DNA of 64,000 bases from Calditrichales bacterium (GTDB lineage: Bacteria; Calditrichota; Calditrichia; Calditrichales; J004). The notes beneath the pieces are model-generated. The model ran no database searches and was not told the DNA's origin. It was given only the letters and a program-made list of their open reading frames with translations. The stretch covers positions 800,001 to 864,000 of the forward strand of contig OZ254086.1 of NCBI GenBank assembly GCA_965267575.1, read 5' to 3'. Shown here one piece after another: positions 64,000 to 64,000 of this stretch (within the stretch, counting starts at the first letter, position 1; each line of letters starts with the position of its first letter). A program made the position numbers and the translations under genes.

Positions 64000-64000
64000 A

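Overview
A gene-dense 64 kb bacterial chromosomal region. The gene content (T9SS-like C-terminal domain protein, tandem TM Ser/Thr kinases, Ccm system, Bacteroidota-like genes) suggests an FCB-group organism such as Calditrichota/KSB1; this assignment is inference. Left to right: (1) the 5' part of a Eut-like bacterial microcompartment (BMC) operon, running off the left edge: EutK-like shell protein, ParA ATPase, EutQ-N-like protein, degenerate Pta, two BMC-H, EutE, EutJ. It is interrupted by an AT-rich GxxExxY nuclease-family gene bracketed by two CACAGAG-based palindromic repeat units. (2) A LytS/LytTR pair, serine hydrolase, MpaA-like amidase, PlpD-like patatin and SdrD-B lipoprotein. (3) A four-gene operon: receiver-PP2C phosphatase, MpaB/Lcp-family heme oxygenase, PaxB/Pyr4-type membrane terpene cyclase, and a giant pseudokinase-AAA-GAF-histidine kinase. 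(4) ccmF and a glyoxylate shunt (malate synthase plus long Icl2-type isocitrate lyase). (5) Lipoproteins including a stand-alone GldM C-terminal module, a second LytS/LytTR operon and a deacetylase. (6) A sigma54-driven porin-USP-TAXI-TRAP operon with its two-component system. (7) Three translationally coupled receptor Ser/Thr kinases with different sensor ends. (8) STAS, DMT, and a PqqU/YncD-like TonB receptor beside a cytochrome c-fused PQQ sugar dehydrogenase that runs off the right edge. No rRNA, tRNA, CRISPR array, transposase or prophage was seen. Best candidates for new biology: the GxxExxY/palindrome cassette, the ParA plus shell-wHTH BMC positioning module, and the oxygenase/terpene-cyclase/kinase signalling operon. 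All family calls are from motif recognition, not database searches.
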